Assembly (NCBI GenBank): GCA_025457965.1
Contig: JALOTJ010000001.1
Coordinates: 1,271 to 65,270, forward strand
From: Spirochaetota bacterium
GTDB lineage: Bacteria > Spirochaetota > UBA4802 > UBA5368
DNA length: 64,000 nucleotides
Reading direction: 5' to 3'
The notes below the pieces were generated by a model. It saw only the letters and a program-made list of their open reading frames with translations. It did no database searches and was not told where the DNA came from. Each line of letters begins with the position of its first letter. Within the stretch, counting starts at the first letter, position 1. Shown here in pieces: positions 37,957 to 47,292 of the stretch. The position numbers and the translations under genes were made by a program.

Positions 37957-38856
37957 TCAGACGCGCTGGAGGTGTCTGAAGAAGGCTCTGCCCTGGTCGG
38001 TCGTGTTGATGCATACGGCGTCGCCGTCGTTCGACTCGGCGTACTCAACCAGACCGAAGTGCCTGAACCAGGTAAACGGGTAAAAGTCCAGAAACGATAT
38101 CAGGAATACATCATCGCGCGCGCCGAATCCGGTCAGATCGAAGAATTCGCCGGCGATGGAGTCGAGGTTGAAGCGGCCGTTCTGCCTCATGATCAGGTCG
38201 ATCAGTATGTGCCTGTTATGCCTGAGCTCGCGCGCTGCCGCCGGATTGGAGGGGAAGATGTCCTCCCAGCGCACCTTGCCCCAGAACGCCGCGAACAGGG
38301 CGGGAAAGACGTTTTCCCCCGTATATTCAGGGCTGATGAGCGCGGAAGTGCCGGCGGTTTCGATTATTCCCGCCGCTTTCATCATGATCACGCACTGCTT
38401 GGCATAGATCTCCAGAAGCTCCGAATCGCCGGATTCCCTGAACAGGTCGGTATCGGCGATGGCATGGACGCACCCGTCATAAAACTCCTGTCCCAGACAC
38501 CTGCCCCGGGCCGCCCTCGCTCCGTTTTTCTTAATGGCATCCGCCACGAACCTGCACAGTCTGACGGCGAAACAGCCCTCCAGTCCCCGCCCCGAAACGG
38601 AGTCGTCGAAACGTGCGAATGTCCTGACGAAACCGCCCGCACGCGGGCGCGCGTCGTACATCCAGGCCTGCTCGCAACTGCGGTTTACCACAATGGAGAA
38701 CAGCGCCGATTTCTCGGCGCCCGGCATATTGACGAACATCCTGTCTATCTCTTTTGCGATCCTGCCGCGGGAAAAATCCATTGAAACGACCTGTTGAACG
38801 AGTAAATTAATTTCATTATCGCACTGGTGCCCGGCTTCACCATGGGTATGTTTCAT
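37957..38856 (-). CDS. Hypothetical protein
   Basis: 299 aa ORF with protein-like composition, Trp/Phe-rich. RBS AAGGGAGAA before the ATG. The antisense ORF 37972-38784 is Arg/Gly-rich and judged spurious. Confidence 0.55.
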   Translation of the reverse strand: MKHTHGEAGHQCDNEINLLVQQVVSMDFSRGRIAKEIDRMFVNMPGAEKSALFSIVVNRSCEQAWMYDARPRAGGFVRTFARFDDSVSGRGLEGCFAVRLCRFVADAIKKNGARAARGRCLGQEFYDGCVHAIADTDLFRESGDSELLEIYAKQCVIMMKAAGIIETAGTSALISPEYTGENVFPALFAAFWGKVRWEDIFPSNPAAARELRHNRHILIDLIMRQNGRFNLDSIAGEFFDLTGFGARDDVFLISFLDFYPFTWFRHFGLVEYAESNDGDAVCINTTDQGRAFFRHLQRV

Positions 38857-38923
38857 ACCGACAAGGTTCTCCCTTTTCTATATGTACGGCCCAGGAAGCG
38901 CCAATGGGAACAATTGCATGGTC

Positions 38924-38948
38924 AATTAATTTCTGTGAAATTAATTGA
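38924..38948. repeat. Perfect 11 bp inverted repeat CAATTAATTTC-tgt-GAAATTAATTG inside an AT-rich intergenic island
   Basis: Read directly from the sequence. The arms are exact reverse complements. Confidence 0.6.
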
Positions 38949-39168
38949 TAATCATTTATATTTAAATTAATTTAAAGTCAATGAAAATTTGAAAAAGCGA
39001 GCGGGAAAAGCAAAAAAAAACACTTTACCCGACCCGCTTGCGCCTGGTCCATCAAATCACCACAAGCTTTCGCGTTGTTCATAATAATAAAATTAATAAT
39101 AATCGATTATTGATCAGGTCACGTTCTTTGTAGTGCAGGATGCCCGGACAACGGAGAAGCGATCTCGG

Positions 39169-39200
39169 TGTGGATTAGTTTGTGATTAGATTGTGGATAA
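39169..39200. promoter_or_regulatory. Array of three DnaA-box-like 9-mers (TGTGGATTA, TGTGATTAG, TGTGGATAA) spaced 11-12 bp apart
   Basis: The third box is the exact reverse complement of the TTATCCACA consensus. The first matches 8/9 and the second 6/9. The one-helical-turn phasing was seen directly. Confidence 0.4.
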
Positions 39201-39242
39201 TTGTCGACAAGTGTTTCATTTATTACGGAATGTCTTTTTTAA

Positions 39243-39271
39243 TTGCAAAACCACGCGCATCGCCGTATAAT
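39243..39271 (+). promoter_or_regulatory. Sigma70-type promoter TTGCAA-N17-TATAAT placing the transcription start about 1-2 nt before the ATG at 39280 (leaderless)
   Basis: TTGCAA at 39243-39248, a 17 nt spacer, TATAAT at 39266-39271. The ATG at 39280 is only 8 nt downstream of the -10 box. Confidence 0.5.
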
Positions 39272-39279
39272 CAGGGACT

Positions 39280-40263
39280 ATGAGTATTTATTCCGCGATT
39301 GCGAAGGTCTACAGGCCCGCCGTTTTCCAGGGCGGCCTCGAAAAAAAAGGCTATTTCGAGGGCTGGTATTTCAAGCAGGTATCGGCCGACTCTCGTCGCG
39401 TGCTGGCGTTCATCCCCGGCGTTTCACTCTCCGGAGATCGTCACGCTTTCATACAGATGATCGATGGCATGACGGGCGAATCCCGTTATTTTTCGTACGA
39501 CCTGTCCGATTTCAAATGGAAAAAAGACCGCTTCGAGATCAACATCGGTCCAAGCCGGTTTAGCTCCGAAGGCATGTCAATTGACATACGCTCACAGGGT
39601 ACGCGCGTAAGCGGTACCCTCGAGTTCGCCGATGTGCGCCCCTATCCGGTAAAAACCCTTTCCCCCGGCATCATGGGGTGGTATTCGTTCGTCCCCTCCA
39701 TGGAGTGTTACCACGGCGTCGTCTCCATGGGGCACCGGCTTTCGGGAAGCATCAGCATAGATGACGATACAATCCGCTTCGAAGGAGGACGGGGGTATAT
39801 CGAGAAGGACTGGGGAACCTCCTTTCCCGAGTCGTGGATATGGCTGCAGGGCAACACCTTCCCGGACGGGGAGGCCTCGTTCATGCTTTCAATAGCGAAA
39901 ATCCCCTGGAGGGGAAGGCATTTCAACGGTTTTCTGTGCTTTTTATACGCGGGGGGAAAGCTTCACCGCTTCATGACCTACACGGGGGCTCGGATTAACG
40001 AGATACGCCTGGACGAGGGCCGGCTTTTCGTAACACTTTCCGACCGGCGATACCGGCTCTCCGTTGAGGCCCGGCAACTTGTCACCGGCGCCCTGGCCGC
40101 ACCCGCCATGGGGACCATGAGCCGCCCCATCAAGGAATGCGGCAACGCACGCCTGGTTGTGCGACTTGAGGACGCCGCGGGTCGCATTCTTTTTGAGGCG
40201 TCCGACGCAACCGCCGGGATGGAGGCGTTGGGCGACGTTATCAACCTCATCCGGAGGAAGTGA
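39280..40263 (+). CDS. Tocopherol-cyclase-like protein (bacterial homologue of the VTE1 family)
   Basis: GYFEGWYFKQVS matches the conserved FFEGWYFRVS segment of tocopherol cyclases. 327 aa. Confidence 0.7.
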   Translation: MSIYSAIAKVYRPAVFQGGLEKKGYFEGWYFKQVSADSRRVLAFIPGVSLSGDRHAFIQMIDGMTGESRYFSYDLSDFKWKKDRFEINIGPSRFSSEGMSIDIRSQGTRVSGTLEFADVRPYPVKTLSPGIMGWYSFVPSMECYHGVVSMGHRLSGSISIDDDTIRFEGGRGYIEKDWGTSFPESWIWLQGNTFPDGEASFMLSIAKIPWRGRHFNGFLCFLYAGGKLHRFMTYTGARINEIRLDEGRLFVTLSDRRYRLSVEARQLVTGALAAPAMGTMSRPIKECGNARLVVRLEDAAGRILFEASDATAGMEALGDVINLIRRK

Positions 40264-40649
40264 TGAATATGCACGACGCGCTCTTCTGGTTATACCTGGT
40301 AAATTCCGTGGTGCTCATCAACCATGAGATCGAATCGGCGTATTGGAGAGAATGGGAGCTCTTCAGGATTCCGGGAGGAATCACCGGATTTCTCCTCATC
40401 CATTTCCCGGTACTGTTTGTCATGTTTTATGGCCTGGCCTCCCTGAAGGAGAGAGAAACGACCGGGCTCGTCATTTCGCTCCTGGTGTCGCTGGGCGGAT
40501 TGTTCGCGTTCTGCGCCCACTCCTGGTTCATACGACAGGGACGCACGGAGTTCACGCTTCCGATATCGCGCCTTATACTGGCCGTCACGCTCGCGCTCTC
40601 TGTCGCGCAGGGGGCGCTCACGCTGTACCTGCTGCTGATGGGCGGCTGA
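40263..40649 (+). CDS. Small integral membrane protein (4 predicted TM helices), hypothetical
   Basis: Start overlaps the upstream stop in the GTGATGAATATG context, with GGAGGA 4 nt upstream of the ATG at 40263. Hydrophobic helices throughout. Confidence 0.6.
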   Translation: MNMHDALFWLYLVNSVVLINHEIESAYWREWELFRIPGGITGFLLIHFPVLFVMFYGLASLKERETTGLVISLLVSLGGLFAFCAHSWFIRQGRTEFTLPISRLILAVTLALSVAQGALTLYLLLMGG

Positions 40650-40731
40650 GGGTTCGCCGGCACGCATGGCCGCGGGCCGGACTTATCCGCGTTAAATCCG
40701 AACGATATGGAATATCACCGCGAGGATAAAA

Positions 40732-41511
40732 ATGAAAAACACCGAGACTCCGCAAACCGCTAACCCGGGGCTCTGGCTCGTCATCGCCGCCTCTTCCGGT
40801 GCGCTCTTCATCACCGGGTCATTTTTCTCGATCGACTGGATCAACTATCTCTACGGTACGAACAGCGTCTACCCTGCGTTCGCAAAGCCTGCAGTCTCAC
40901 TGCTCTGCGCCCTCATAGTGTTCGGCATCGGGAGGAACGGCCTGGGCTCGCGCGATACGCTCCTGCTCGTCGTTTCCTATATCTGCATAGTCATCGTCGA
41001 CGCTGCCATGAGCGTCTGGGTGTACCACGACGACGCTTCGCTTAAAAACGCCGCCTTCCTCATCGGCGCCGCGCTCTCAATCATAGCGCACGTCCTGCTC
41101 ATTATACGCCACGCGCGAGGCTTCCATTTCCTTCGCTCCGGCTCAACGTTCGCGCGCCGCGCCGCCTTCCCGCTCTGTTTCTATGTTCCGGTCGCTGTCA
41201 TCTTCATGTTCCTCGCCGCTCCGCTGCATGCCGCCGGGCAGTTCTATCCCTCGCTGTTTTACGCCCTCATCCTCACCACCTCGCTCTGGGTGGGATGGGA
41301 AACGGTCCGAAACCACCTGTTCCCCGCGCGAAACGCCTGGCTCATCGCGATGGGCGTCAGCTCCTGGTTCGCAACCGAGATAATCGGCGTGCTGTACAAC
41401 ATACGGGTAGAGTCGATAGCGCCGATCTGCATGATCATGACCTGGCTCTTCTACATGCCCGCGATCCTTCTCATCGCGCTCAGCGGTCACCGGTGGGGGA
41501 CCCGGGGCTAA
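40732..41511 (+). CDS. Polytopic membrane protein (YhhN/lysoplasmalogenase-like), hypothetical
   Basis: About 8 TM helices. RBS GAGGAT. Family assignment is tentative. Confidence 0.55.
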   Translation: MKNTETPQTANPGLWLVIAASSGALFITGSFFSIDWINYLYGTNSVYPAFAKPAVSLLCALIVFGIGRNGLGSRDTLLLVVSYICIVIVDAAMSVWVYHDDASLKNAAFLIGAALSIIAHVLLIIRHARGFHFLRSGSTFARRAAFPLCFYVPVAVIFMFLAAPLHAAGQFYPSLFYALILTTSLWVGWETVRNHLFPARNAWLIAMGVSSWFATEIIGVLYNIRVESIAPICMIMTWLFYMPAILLIALSGHRWGTRG

Positions 41512-41527
41512 GCACAACGGCCGACCC

Positions 41528-41983
41528 ATGGGCACGATCGATATAACCGGGGTCCCGCTATCCGGGATCGAAATTATCAGGCCCCTGTGGGAGAAACTCA
41601 GGCTCCACCACCTGCAGCGCGCGCAGCATTTCAGCGGGTACTACGAAACATTCACCTTCGGGAGGCGAATCGATAAGTTCCTTGACGAAGGTATCGATAG
41701 CAATATCGATGTCGCGCGTGACGGCGGGATTGTCATCGGCTACTGCATCAGCACGATCGACCGGCGCGGGCGCGGTGAGATCGATTCGCTTTTTATCGAG
41801 GAGAAGTATCGCCGCGAGGGTATCGGGACCGAATTTATGAGGAGGGCCCTCGATTGGATCGACGGCCGGGGCGCGACCGAAATCGCTATTGTCGTGGCCG
41901 CGGGTAATGAGGAAGCGCTTCCTTTCTACCGGAGATATGGTTTTTTTCCGGCATACACAACCCTGAAGCTGAAAAACGAATAG
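41528..41983 (+). CDS. GNAT-family N-acetyltransferase
   Basis: EEKYRREGIGTEFMRRALDWI is the acetyl-CoA binding motif. PFYRRYGF. Confidence 0.8.
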   Translation: MGTIDITGVPLSGIEIIRPLWEKLRLHHLQRAQHFSGYYETFTFGRRIDKFLDEGIDSNIDVARDGGIVIGYCISTIDRRGRGEIDSLFIEEKYRREGIGTEFMRRALDWIDGRGATEIAIVVAAGNEEALPFYRRYGFFPAYTTLKLKNE

Positions 41984-41992
41984 ATCCGGCAA

Positions 41993-42835
41993 TCACTCGA
42001 AGCGCATTGAAAGATCAAAGACCCTGACCGAATGGGTGAGGGCGCCGATAGAGATGAAATCGACCGCCAGGTCGGCGACCTCCCGGATGCGCCCCTCGTC
42101 CATGTTTCCCGAAACCTCGATCTTCGCGCGTCCGCCGATTATCGCTATCGCCTCGAGCATGGGCTCCCTCTCCATGTTGTCGAGCATGATGATGTCCGCG
42201 CCCGCCTCGGCCGCCTCGCGCGCCTCGGCCGTCGTGGTGACCTCGACCTCGACCCTGTAGCGCACCCCGTGGGCCGAGCGGACCTTCCGTACAGCCCCGG
42301 TGATGCCGCCCGCGGCCCTGATATGATTGTCCTTGATCATTACCATGTCGAACAGGCCCATGCGGTGGTTGGTGCCGCCTCCCGCCGCCACCGCGTACTT
42401 GTCGAGAAGTCGAAGTCCCGGCGCGGTCTTTCGCGTATCGAGTATGCGGATGGCCGTTCCCGCGACCAGTTTCATCGCGAGGTCGGTCCCGGTCGCTATC
42501 CCCGACATCCTCTGCGCGAAGTTGAGGGCGGTCCGCTCGCCGGCAAGCACCGCCGCGGTGCGCCCCGACACCATGAACGCCGTCTCGCCGCGCGCGATCC
42601 GCTCGCCGTCACTCTTCACCAGCGACACCCGCACCCCGGGATCCACGCGCCGATATACCATTTTAACGACTCCGCCGCCGCAAAAGACCCCGTCCTGTTT
42701 TGCGACCACCCTCGCCGTTGAGACCTCCGCTCCCGTGAATATCGCCTCCGAGGTAATGTCGCCCCCGCCTATGTCCTCCTTCAGTGCGGCATCGACAATG
42801 GGGAGGATATCGATTTCGTTCGGCATTGGTATCAT
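41993..42835 (-). CDS. nadC: Nicotinate-nucleotide pyrophosphorylase (quinolinate phosphoribosyltransferase)
   Basis: NadC fold ([19 protein letters not shown]; [10 protein letters not shown]; MLDNM). ATGA overlap with the uvrB stop. Confidence 0.9.
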   Translation of the reverse strand: MIPMPNEIDILPIVDAALKEDIGGGDITSEAIFTGAEVSTARVVAKQDGVFCGGGVVKMVYRRVDPGVRVSLVKSDGERIARGETAFMVSGRTAAVLAGERTALNFAQRMSGIATGTDLAMKLVAGTAIRILDTRKTAPGLRLLDKYAVAAGGGTNHRMGLFDMVMIKDNHIRAAGGITGAVRKVRSAHGVRYRVEVEVTTTAEAREAAEAGADIIMLDNMEREPMLEAIAIIGGRAKIEVSGNMDEGRIREVADLAVDFISIGALTHSVRVFDLSMRFE

Positions 42836-44838
42836 TTTTTTGCCTTCTCCAGCAGGGACAGTTTCTTCTCGGCCTCCATCATCTGGTCGCGCAGCACCGC
42901 GGCCTTTTCGAATTCGAGGTTCGTCGCCGCCTCCAGCATATCGGTGCGGATGGTTTCAATGAGACCTCTAAGCGTTTCTGGATTCGAGGTGCGGTAGGCG
43001 TTTTTGTACTCGGCAACATATGAGTCGTACTCGTCGACGCCGCGGTATTCCCGCTCGATGATATCCAGGATTTCCTTCGAGATGGATGCGGGGGTGATTT
43101 CATGCTCCACATTGTAGCGGTGCTGTATCTCCCGGCGGCGGTTCGTCTCGTCGATCGCCGTACGCATCGAGGGCGTTATCTTTTCGGCGTACATTATGAC
43201 CGTTCCGGCAAGGTTGCGAGCGGCGCGCCCCGCCGTCTGAATGAGCGAGCGGGCAGAGCGCAGAAAGCCCTCCCTGTCGGCGTCGAGGATGGCCACCAGC
43301 GATACCTCGGGGATGTCCAGTCCCTCGCGCAGAAGGTTGATACCTACCAGGCAGTCGAACTCGCCCTTCCTTAGATCGCGTATGATTTCAACGCGCTCGA
43401 TGGTTTCGATCTCGGAATGAAGGTACTTCGCGCGGATGCCGGCATTTTCGAGATAGGCGGTGAGGTCCTCGCTCATCTTCTTGGTGAGCGTCGTCACCAG
43501 CACGCGCTCATTCCGCTCCGCGCGCCTGCGCACCTCGCCGATCAGGTCGTCGACCTGGTTTTGCGCCGGGCGCACCTCGATCGCCGGATCGATGAGCCCG
43601 GTGGGCCGTATCACCTGCTCCACGATACGCGAGCTCACGGAGAGTTCGTAATCCGCGGGGGTTGCCGAAACGAAAACGGCGCGGTCTATAATTCGCTCGA
43701 ACTCCTCGAAATAGAGCGGCCGATTGTCGAGCGCCGACGGAAGGCGGAAGCCGTATTCCACCAGGTTCGTCTTTCGTGAACGGTCCCCCTCGAACATGCC
43801 GCGCACCTGCGGCAGGGTGACGTGCGACTCGTCAACAAAGAGCATTAAGTTTCCCTTGAAATAATCCAGTAGCGTCGGCGGTGGCTCCCCCGCGCCCCGG
43901 CGGCCGATGATGCGCGAGTAATTCTCGACGCCCGAACAGTAGCCCATCTCCAGGAGCATCTCCATGTCGTAGCGTGTGCGGCTTTCCAGCCGCTGGGCCT
44001 CGAGCAGTTTGCCCTCGGCCTTGAGGTGCGCGAGCCGCCCGGCCAGCTCCTCTTCGATCATCCGTACCGTGACCTTAATCTCGTCTCCCGTCGAAACGAA
44101 GTGCTTGGCGGGATAGATATAGGTGCTGTCGACCTTCTCGATCTTCCTGCCGGTCAGCGGATCGGTGCGGTGTATGGCCTCGATCTGATCACCAAAAAAC
44201 TCCACGCGTACCGATTCCTGCAGGTAGGCCGGGTAAACCTCGACCATGTCGCCCCGGACCCTGAAAGTGCCGCGGGTGAAGGAGATGTCGTTCCGCGTGT
44301 AGTGGATGGCCACAAGGCGACGCAGCAGCTCATCGCGCCCGAAGTCGTCACCCACCCGCAGGGGGACGTGCAGCTTTTCGAAGTCATCCGGGCTTCCCAG
44401 TCCGTAGATACACGAAACCGAGGACACCACGATGACATCGCTTCGGGTCAGGATCGAGGAGGTCGCCTTCAGACGCAGGCGGTCGATCTCGTCATTGATC
44501 GACGCGTCCTTTTCTATATAAAGGTCCTGGGAGGCCACGTAGGCCTCGGGCTGGTAATAGTCATAGTACGAAACGAAATACTCGACCGCGTTCTGGGGAA
44601 AAAACTCCTTGAACTCACGGTAGAGCTGGGCCGCGAGGGTCTTGTTGTGCGTGAGGACCAGCGCCGGCTTCTGCACCCGCTCGATCACCTTGGCCATCGT
44701 AAAGGTTTTACCCGAGCCGGTAACGCCGAGGAGGGTCTGGTACTTCAGGCCCTCGCCGATTCCCTTCGCCAGGAGATCGATCGCGCGTTCCTGGTCACCC
44801 GAGGGCCTGTACCGCGATATCACTTTGAACGGGGGCAT
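42832..44838 (-). CDS. uvrB: Excinuclease ABC subunit B
   Basis: [33 protein letters not shown] and a C-terminal UVR domain. ATG at 44838 is 5 nt after the metW stop; the ORF in the track extends to a TTG at 44883. Confidence 0.95.
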   Translation of the reverse strand: MPPFKVISRYRPSGDQERAIDLLAKGIGEGLKYQTLLGVTGSGKTFTMAKVIERVQKPALVLTHNKTLAAQLYREFKEFFPQNAVEYFVSYYDYYQPEAYVASQDLYIEKDASINDEIDRLRLKATSSILTRSDVIVVSSVSCIYGLGSPDDFEKLHVPLRVGDDFGRDELLRRLVAIHYTRNDISFTRGTFRVRGDMVEVYPAYLQESVRVEFFGDQIEAIHRTDPLTGRKIEKVDSTYIYPAKHFVSTGDEIKVTVRMIEEELAGRLAHLKAEGKLLEAQRLESRTRYDMEMLLEMGYCSGVENYSRIIGRRGAGEPPPTLLDYFKGNLMLFVDESHVTLPQVRGMFEGDRSRKTNLVEYGFRLPSALDNRPLYFEEFERIIDRAVFVSATPADYELSVSSRIVEQVIRPTGLIDPAIEVRPAQNQVDDLIGEVRRRAERNERVLVTTLTKKMSEDLTAYLENAGIRAKYLHSEIETIERVEIIRDLRKGEFDCLVGINLLREGLDIPEVSLVAILDADREGFLRSARSLIQTAGRAARNLAGTVIMYAEKITPSMRTAIDETNRRREIQHRYNVEHEITPASISKEILDIIEREYRGVDEYDSYVAEYKNAYRTSNPETLRGLIETIRTDMLEAATNLEFEKAAVLRDQMMEAEKKLSLLEKAKK

Positions 44839-44845
44839 GGTGCAT

Positions 44846-45490
44846 TCAGGAGGCGCCGGTGAATTTTTCGCCGTCAAGAACAAACATGCCGTACTGGGCG
44901 AACAGATTGGCCGCGGCGACGGTCGGCAGCGACACGCCCCCGACTCCGACGTTGAAGTGACGCTCTTTCTTGACCGGGTAGTGGTTCCCGCGGCAATAGC
45001 GCAGGAAGTCTCTTATGGTCAGAAGGTGGATGTTCGGCGACTCGTACCACTCGTACGGCAACAGCCTGTTCTTCGGCATGGTGCCCTTGCAGAGGAGCTG
45101 CAGCCGGATTTGATAGTACCCGAAATTCGGAAAGCTTATAATTGCGTTCTTACCGATACGCATGATCTCCGCCAGCACGTATTCCGGCTTTTTCGTGCTC
45201 TGCAGTGTCTGGTTGAGGATCACATAATCGAACGAGTTGCTCTTGTAATCGGCAAGGCCGTCGTCGATGTCACCCTGGTAGCAGTACAGGCCCTTCTCCA
45301 GGCACATGCTCACCCCCTCGGCCGAGAGCTCGACGCCATACCCGTCTATCTTCTTTACGCGCTGGAGCGTGTAAAGCAGCACCCCGTCGCCGCAGCCCAG
45401 GTCGAGTACACGCGAATGCGCGGGGACTTCCTCGATAATGATGTCGTACCCTGCGCGGATCTCGCCGCCGTGTTCAGCCGTGCTTTTCAA
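44846..45490 (-). CDS. metW: Methionine biosynthesis protein MetW
   Basis: [11 protein letters not shown] and MetW-like length. Overlaps the metX 3' end. TTG start; start uncertain. Confidence 0.85.
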   Translation of the reverse strand: MKSTAEHGGEIRAGYDIIIEEVPAHSRVLDLGCGDGVLLYTLQRVKKIDGYGVELSAEGVSMCLEKGLYCYQGDIDDGLADYKSNSFDYVILNQTLQSTKKPEYVLAEIMRIGKNAIISFPNFGYYQIRLQLLCKGTMPKNRLLPYEWYESPNIHLLTIRDFLRYCRGNHYPVKKERHFNVGVGGVSLPTVAAANLFAQYGMFVLDGEKFTGAS

Positions 45491-46637
45491 ACTGGCTCCT
45501 CAGGAAGTTCGCGATATTGCGCTGTGTCTGCCTGTCGTCGAGAAGAAAGGTGTCATGCCCGGTGTCCGAATCGATCTCGGTATAACCAACGTGCTTGCCG
45601 CAGGCACGAAGGGCCCGCACGATCTCCCTTGACTGTTCGCTCGGGTAAAGCCAGTCGGAGGTATAGCTGATAATGAGGAAATCGGCCTCCACCTTCTCGA
45701 ATGCCGCGCCGAGACTGCCGTAATCGGCCTTCAGGTCGAAGTAATCGATCGCCTTGGTGATGTACAGGTACGAGTTCGCGTCGAAGCGGTTTACGAACTT
45801 TATCCCCTGGTGGTGCAGGTACGACTCCACCATGAACTCGGACTCGAAATTGAAGCTGAACAGGTCGGCGTCCTGCAGCCGGCGCCCGAATTTCTCGTGC
45901 ATAAGCTGTTCGCTCATATAGGTGATGTGGCCGATCATGCGCGCGAGCCCCAGCCCCGCCTCGGGCTTATTCCCCCCATAATAGTCGCCGCCGCACCAGT
46001 TCGGATCGCGAAATATCGCCTGGCGCCCCACCTCGTTGAACGCGATCCCCTGTGCGGAAAGCGAAGCCGAGCTCGCCAGGGGAATCGCCGAGGCGACCAT
46101 GCCGGGATACGAGATGCACCACTGAAGCGCCTGCATACCGCCCATGGAGCCGCCCGCCACCGCAAGCAGGCGGTCAATACCGAGATGCCGCACCAGATGG
46201 TACTGCGCGTTCACCATGTCATGAATCGTCACGATCGGGAAGCTCAGCCCGTATTCCTTTCCGGTGCCCGGGTCGATGGAGGCGGGCCCCGTCGATCCCG
46301 TACATCCTCCTATGACGTTCGAGCAGATAATGAAATACCTGTTCGTATCGAAGGTCTTTCCCGGGCCGACATAGAGGTCCCACCAGCCGGGATACAGATC
46401 ATCGTTGCTGTTATATCCGGCCGCGTGTGCGGAGCCGGAAAGAGCATGCAACAGGAGCACGGCGTTCGTGCGCTCCGCGTTGAGATTCCCGTAGGTTTCG
46501 TAGGCGAGCGTTACCGGCCCGAGACTCCTGCCGGAAACCAGCCGCATCTCATCCGGTATAACGGCGAAGGTGAAGTATTCGGTTTTGACAAGACCTACCG
46601 AGTCATCGGGTACGTCGAGTATTCCATTCGTCTTCAT
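45474..46637 (-). CDS. metX: Homoserine O-acetyltransferase
   Basis: LAYETYGNLN, LLHALSGSAHA and GGSMGGMQ (alpha/beta hydrolase nucleophile). ATG at 46637 preferred over the TTG at 46670, which directly abuts the terminator U-tract. Confidence 0.88.
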   Translation of the reverse strand: MKTNGILDVPDDSVGLVKTEYFTFAVIPDEMRLVSGRSLGPVTLAYETYGNLNAERTNAVLLLHALSGSAHAAGYNSNDDLYPGWWDLYVGPGKTFDTNRYFIICSNVIGGCTGSTGPASIDPGTGKEYGLSFPIVTIHDMVNAQYHLVRHLGIDRLLAVAGGSMGGMQALQWCISYPGMVASAIPLASSASLSAQGIAFNEVGRQAIFRDPNWCGGDYYGGNKPEAGLGLARMIGHITYMSEQLMHEKFGRRLQDADLFSFNFESEFMVESYLHHQGIKFVNRFDANSYLYITKAIDYFDLKADYGSLGAAFEKVEADFLIISYTSDWLYPSEQSREIVRALRACGKHVGYTEIDSDTGHDTFLLDDRQTQRNIANFLRSQFEKHG

Positions 46638-46671
46638 GCGTTCGCCCGGCCAAGCGGGTCTTCTCTCCAAT

Positions 46672-46838
46672 AAAAAAACCGCGTATCTGAAACAGGCGAT
46701 AGCGGTTTATTCTTCGATAAACTGCCATCCCATCTCCCGGATTGTCATCCGCTGGAGTTGGCACCTTCCCCCTTCCGGGGACGGTTGCCGTGGCTTCTCG
46801 GGGCCAGTCCCTCCACCACTCTGGATAAGATAGCGCGA
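46672..46838 (-). promoter_or_regulatory. SAM-I (S-box) riboswitch with intrinsic terminator expression platform upstream of metX-metW
   Basis: Minus strand reads CUUAUCCAGAGUGGUGGAGGGACUGGCCC-GAGAAGCCACGGCAACC...GGUGCCAACUCCAGCGG...GGGAGAUGGGA, followed by an 11-12 bp hairpin AAACCGCUAUC/GAUAGCGGUUU with a U7 run (plus strand 46672-46710). Confidence 0.85.
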
Positions 46839-47292
46839 TGTACAGGTACGCCGCCCGCGGCGGTGTCCGTAAGGGGCTCACTATGCGCCCCTTGCCAAAG
46901 CGATGTCAATAAAAAATGTCCGCTTTGCTTGCTGAAATATATCGCAAATTCCGCTCGTGAGCATCAAAAAATACGCTTCGCCGGCCGGGTTGCAAAGGTT
47001 TTCAACCTGGGTGAACGCCCTAATGCAAATATATACATTCATATTAATATGTCATGTTTCACCGATAAAATAAAGTTGACAACCTTCCCAACGGTTACGT
47101 AATGGACTTTGAGTAGTCAGGTTTGCATTGGAGTTGTTGCGGGACCCGGCAATACAGGTTTTTCCCGTCGCAGGCGCGGAAAGCCGTCCTATTCGCCATG
47201 GATGCAACAGATCTGTTCCGTGAGAGTTCATTGAGAACTCAATTTATCACCAGCGATTATCGTTTCATATCTAACAGAAGCGGAGGATTCTT

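Noticed and set aside
37972-38784. 270-aa plus-strand ORF competing with the minus-strand hypothetical gene 37957-38856
   Set aside because: The minus-strand frame has protein-like composition and a strong RBS (AAGGGAGAA). The plus-strand frame is Arg/Gly/Pro-rich.
38857-39279. Origin of replication (oriC) at the AT-rich island with DnaA boxes
   Set aside because: There is no dnaA, dnaN, gidA or parAB nearby, and only one perfect DnaA box. The island is kept as a regulatory or titration-site candidate, not called as oriC.
45474-46670. Longer metX ORF starting at TTG 46670
   Set aside because: That TTG lies directly against the riboswitch terminator U-tract with no RBS. The ATG at 46637 gives a normal MetX N-terminal length before LAYETYG.
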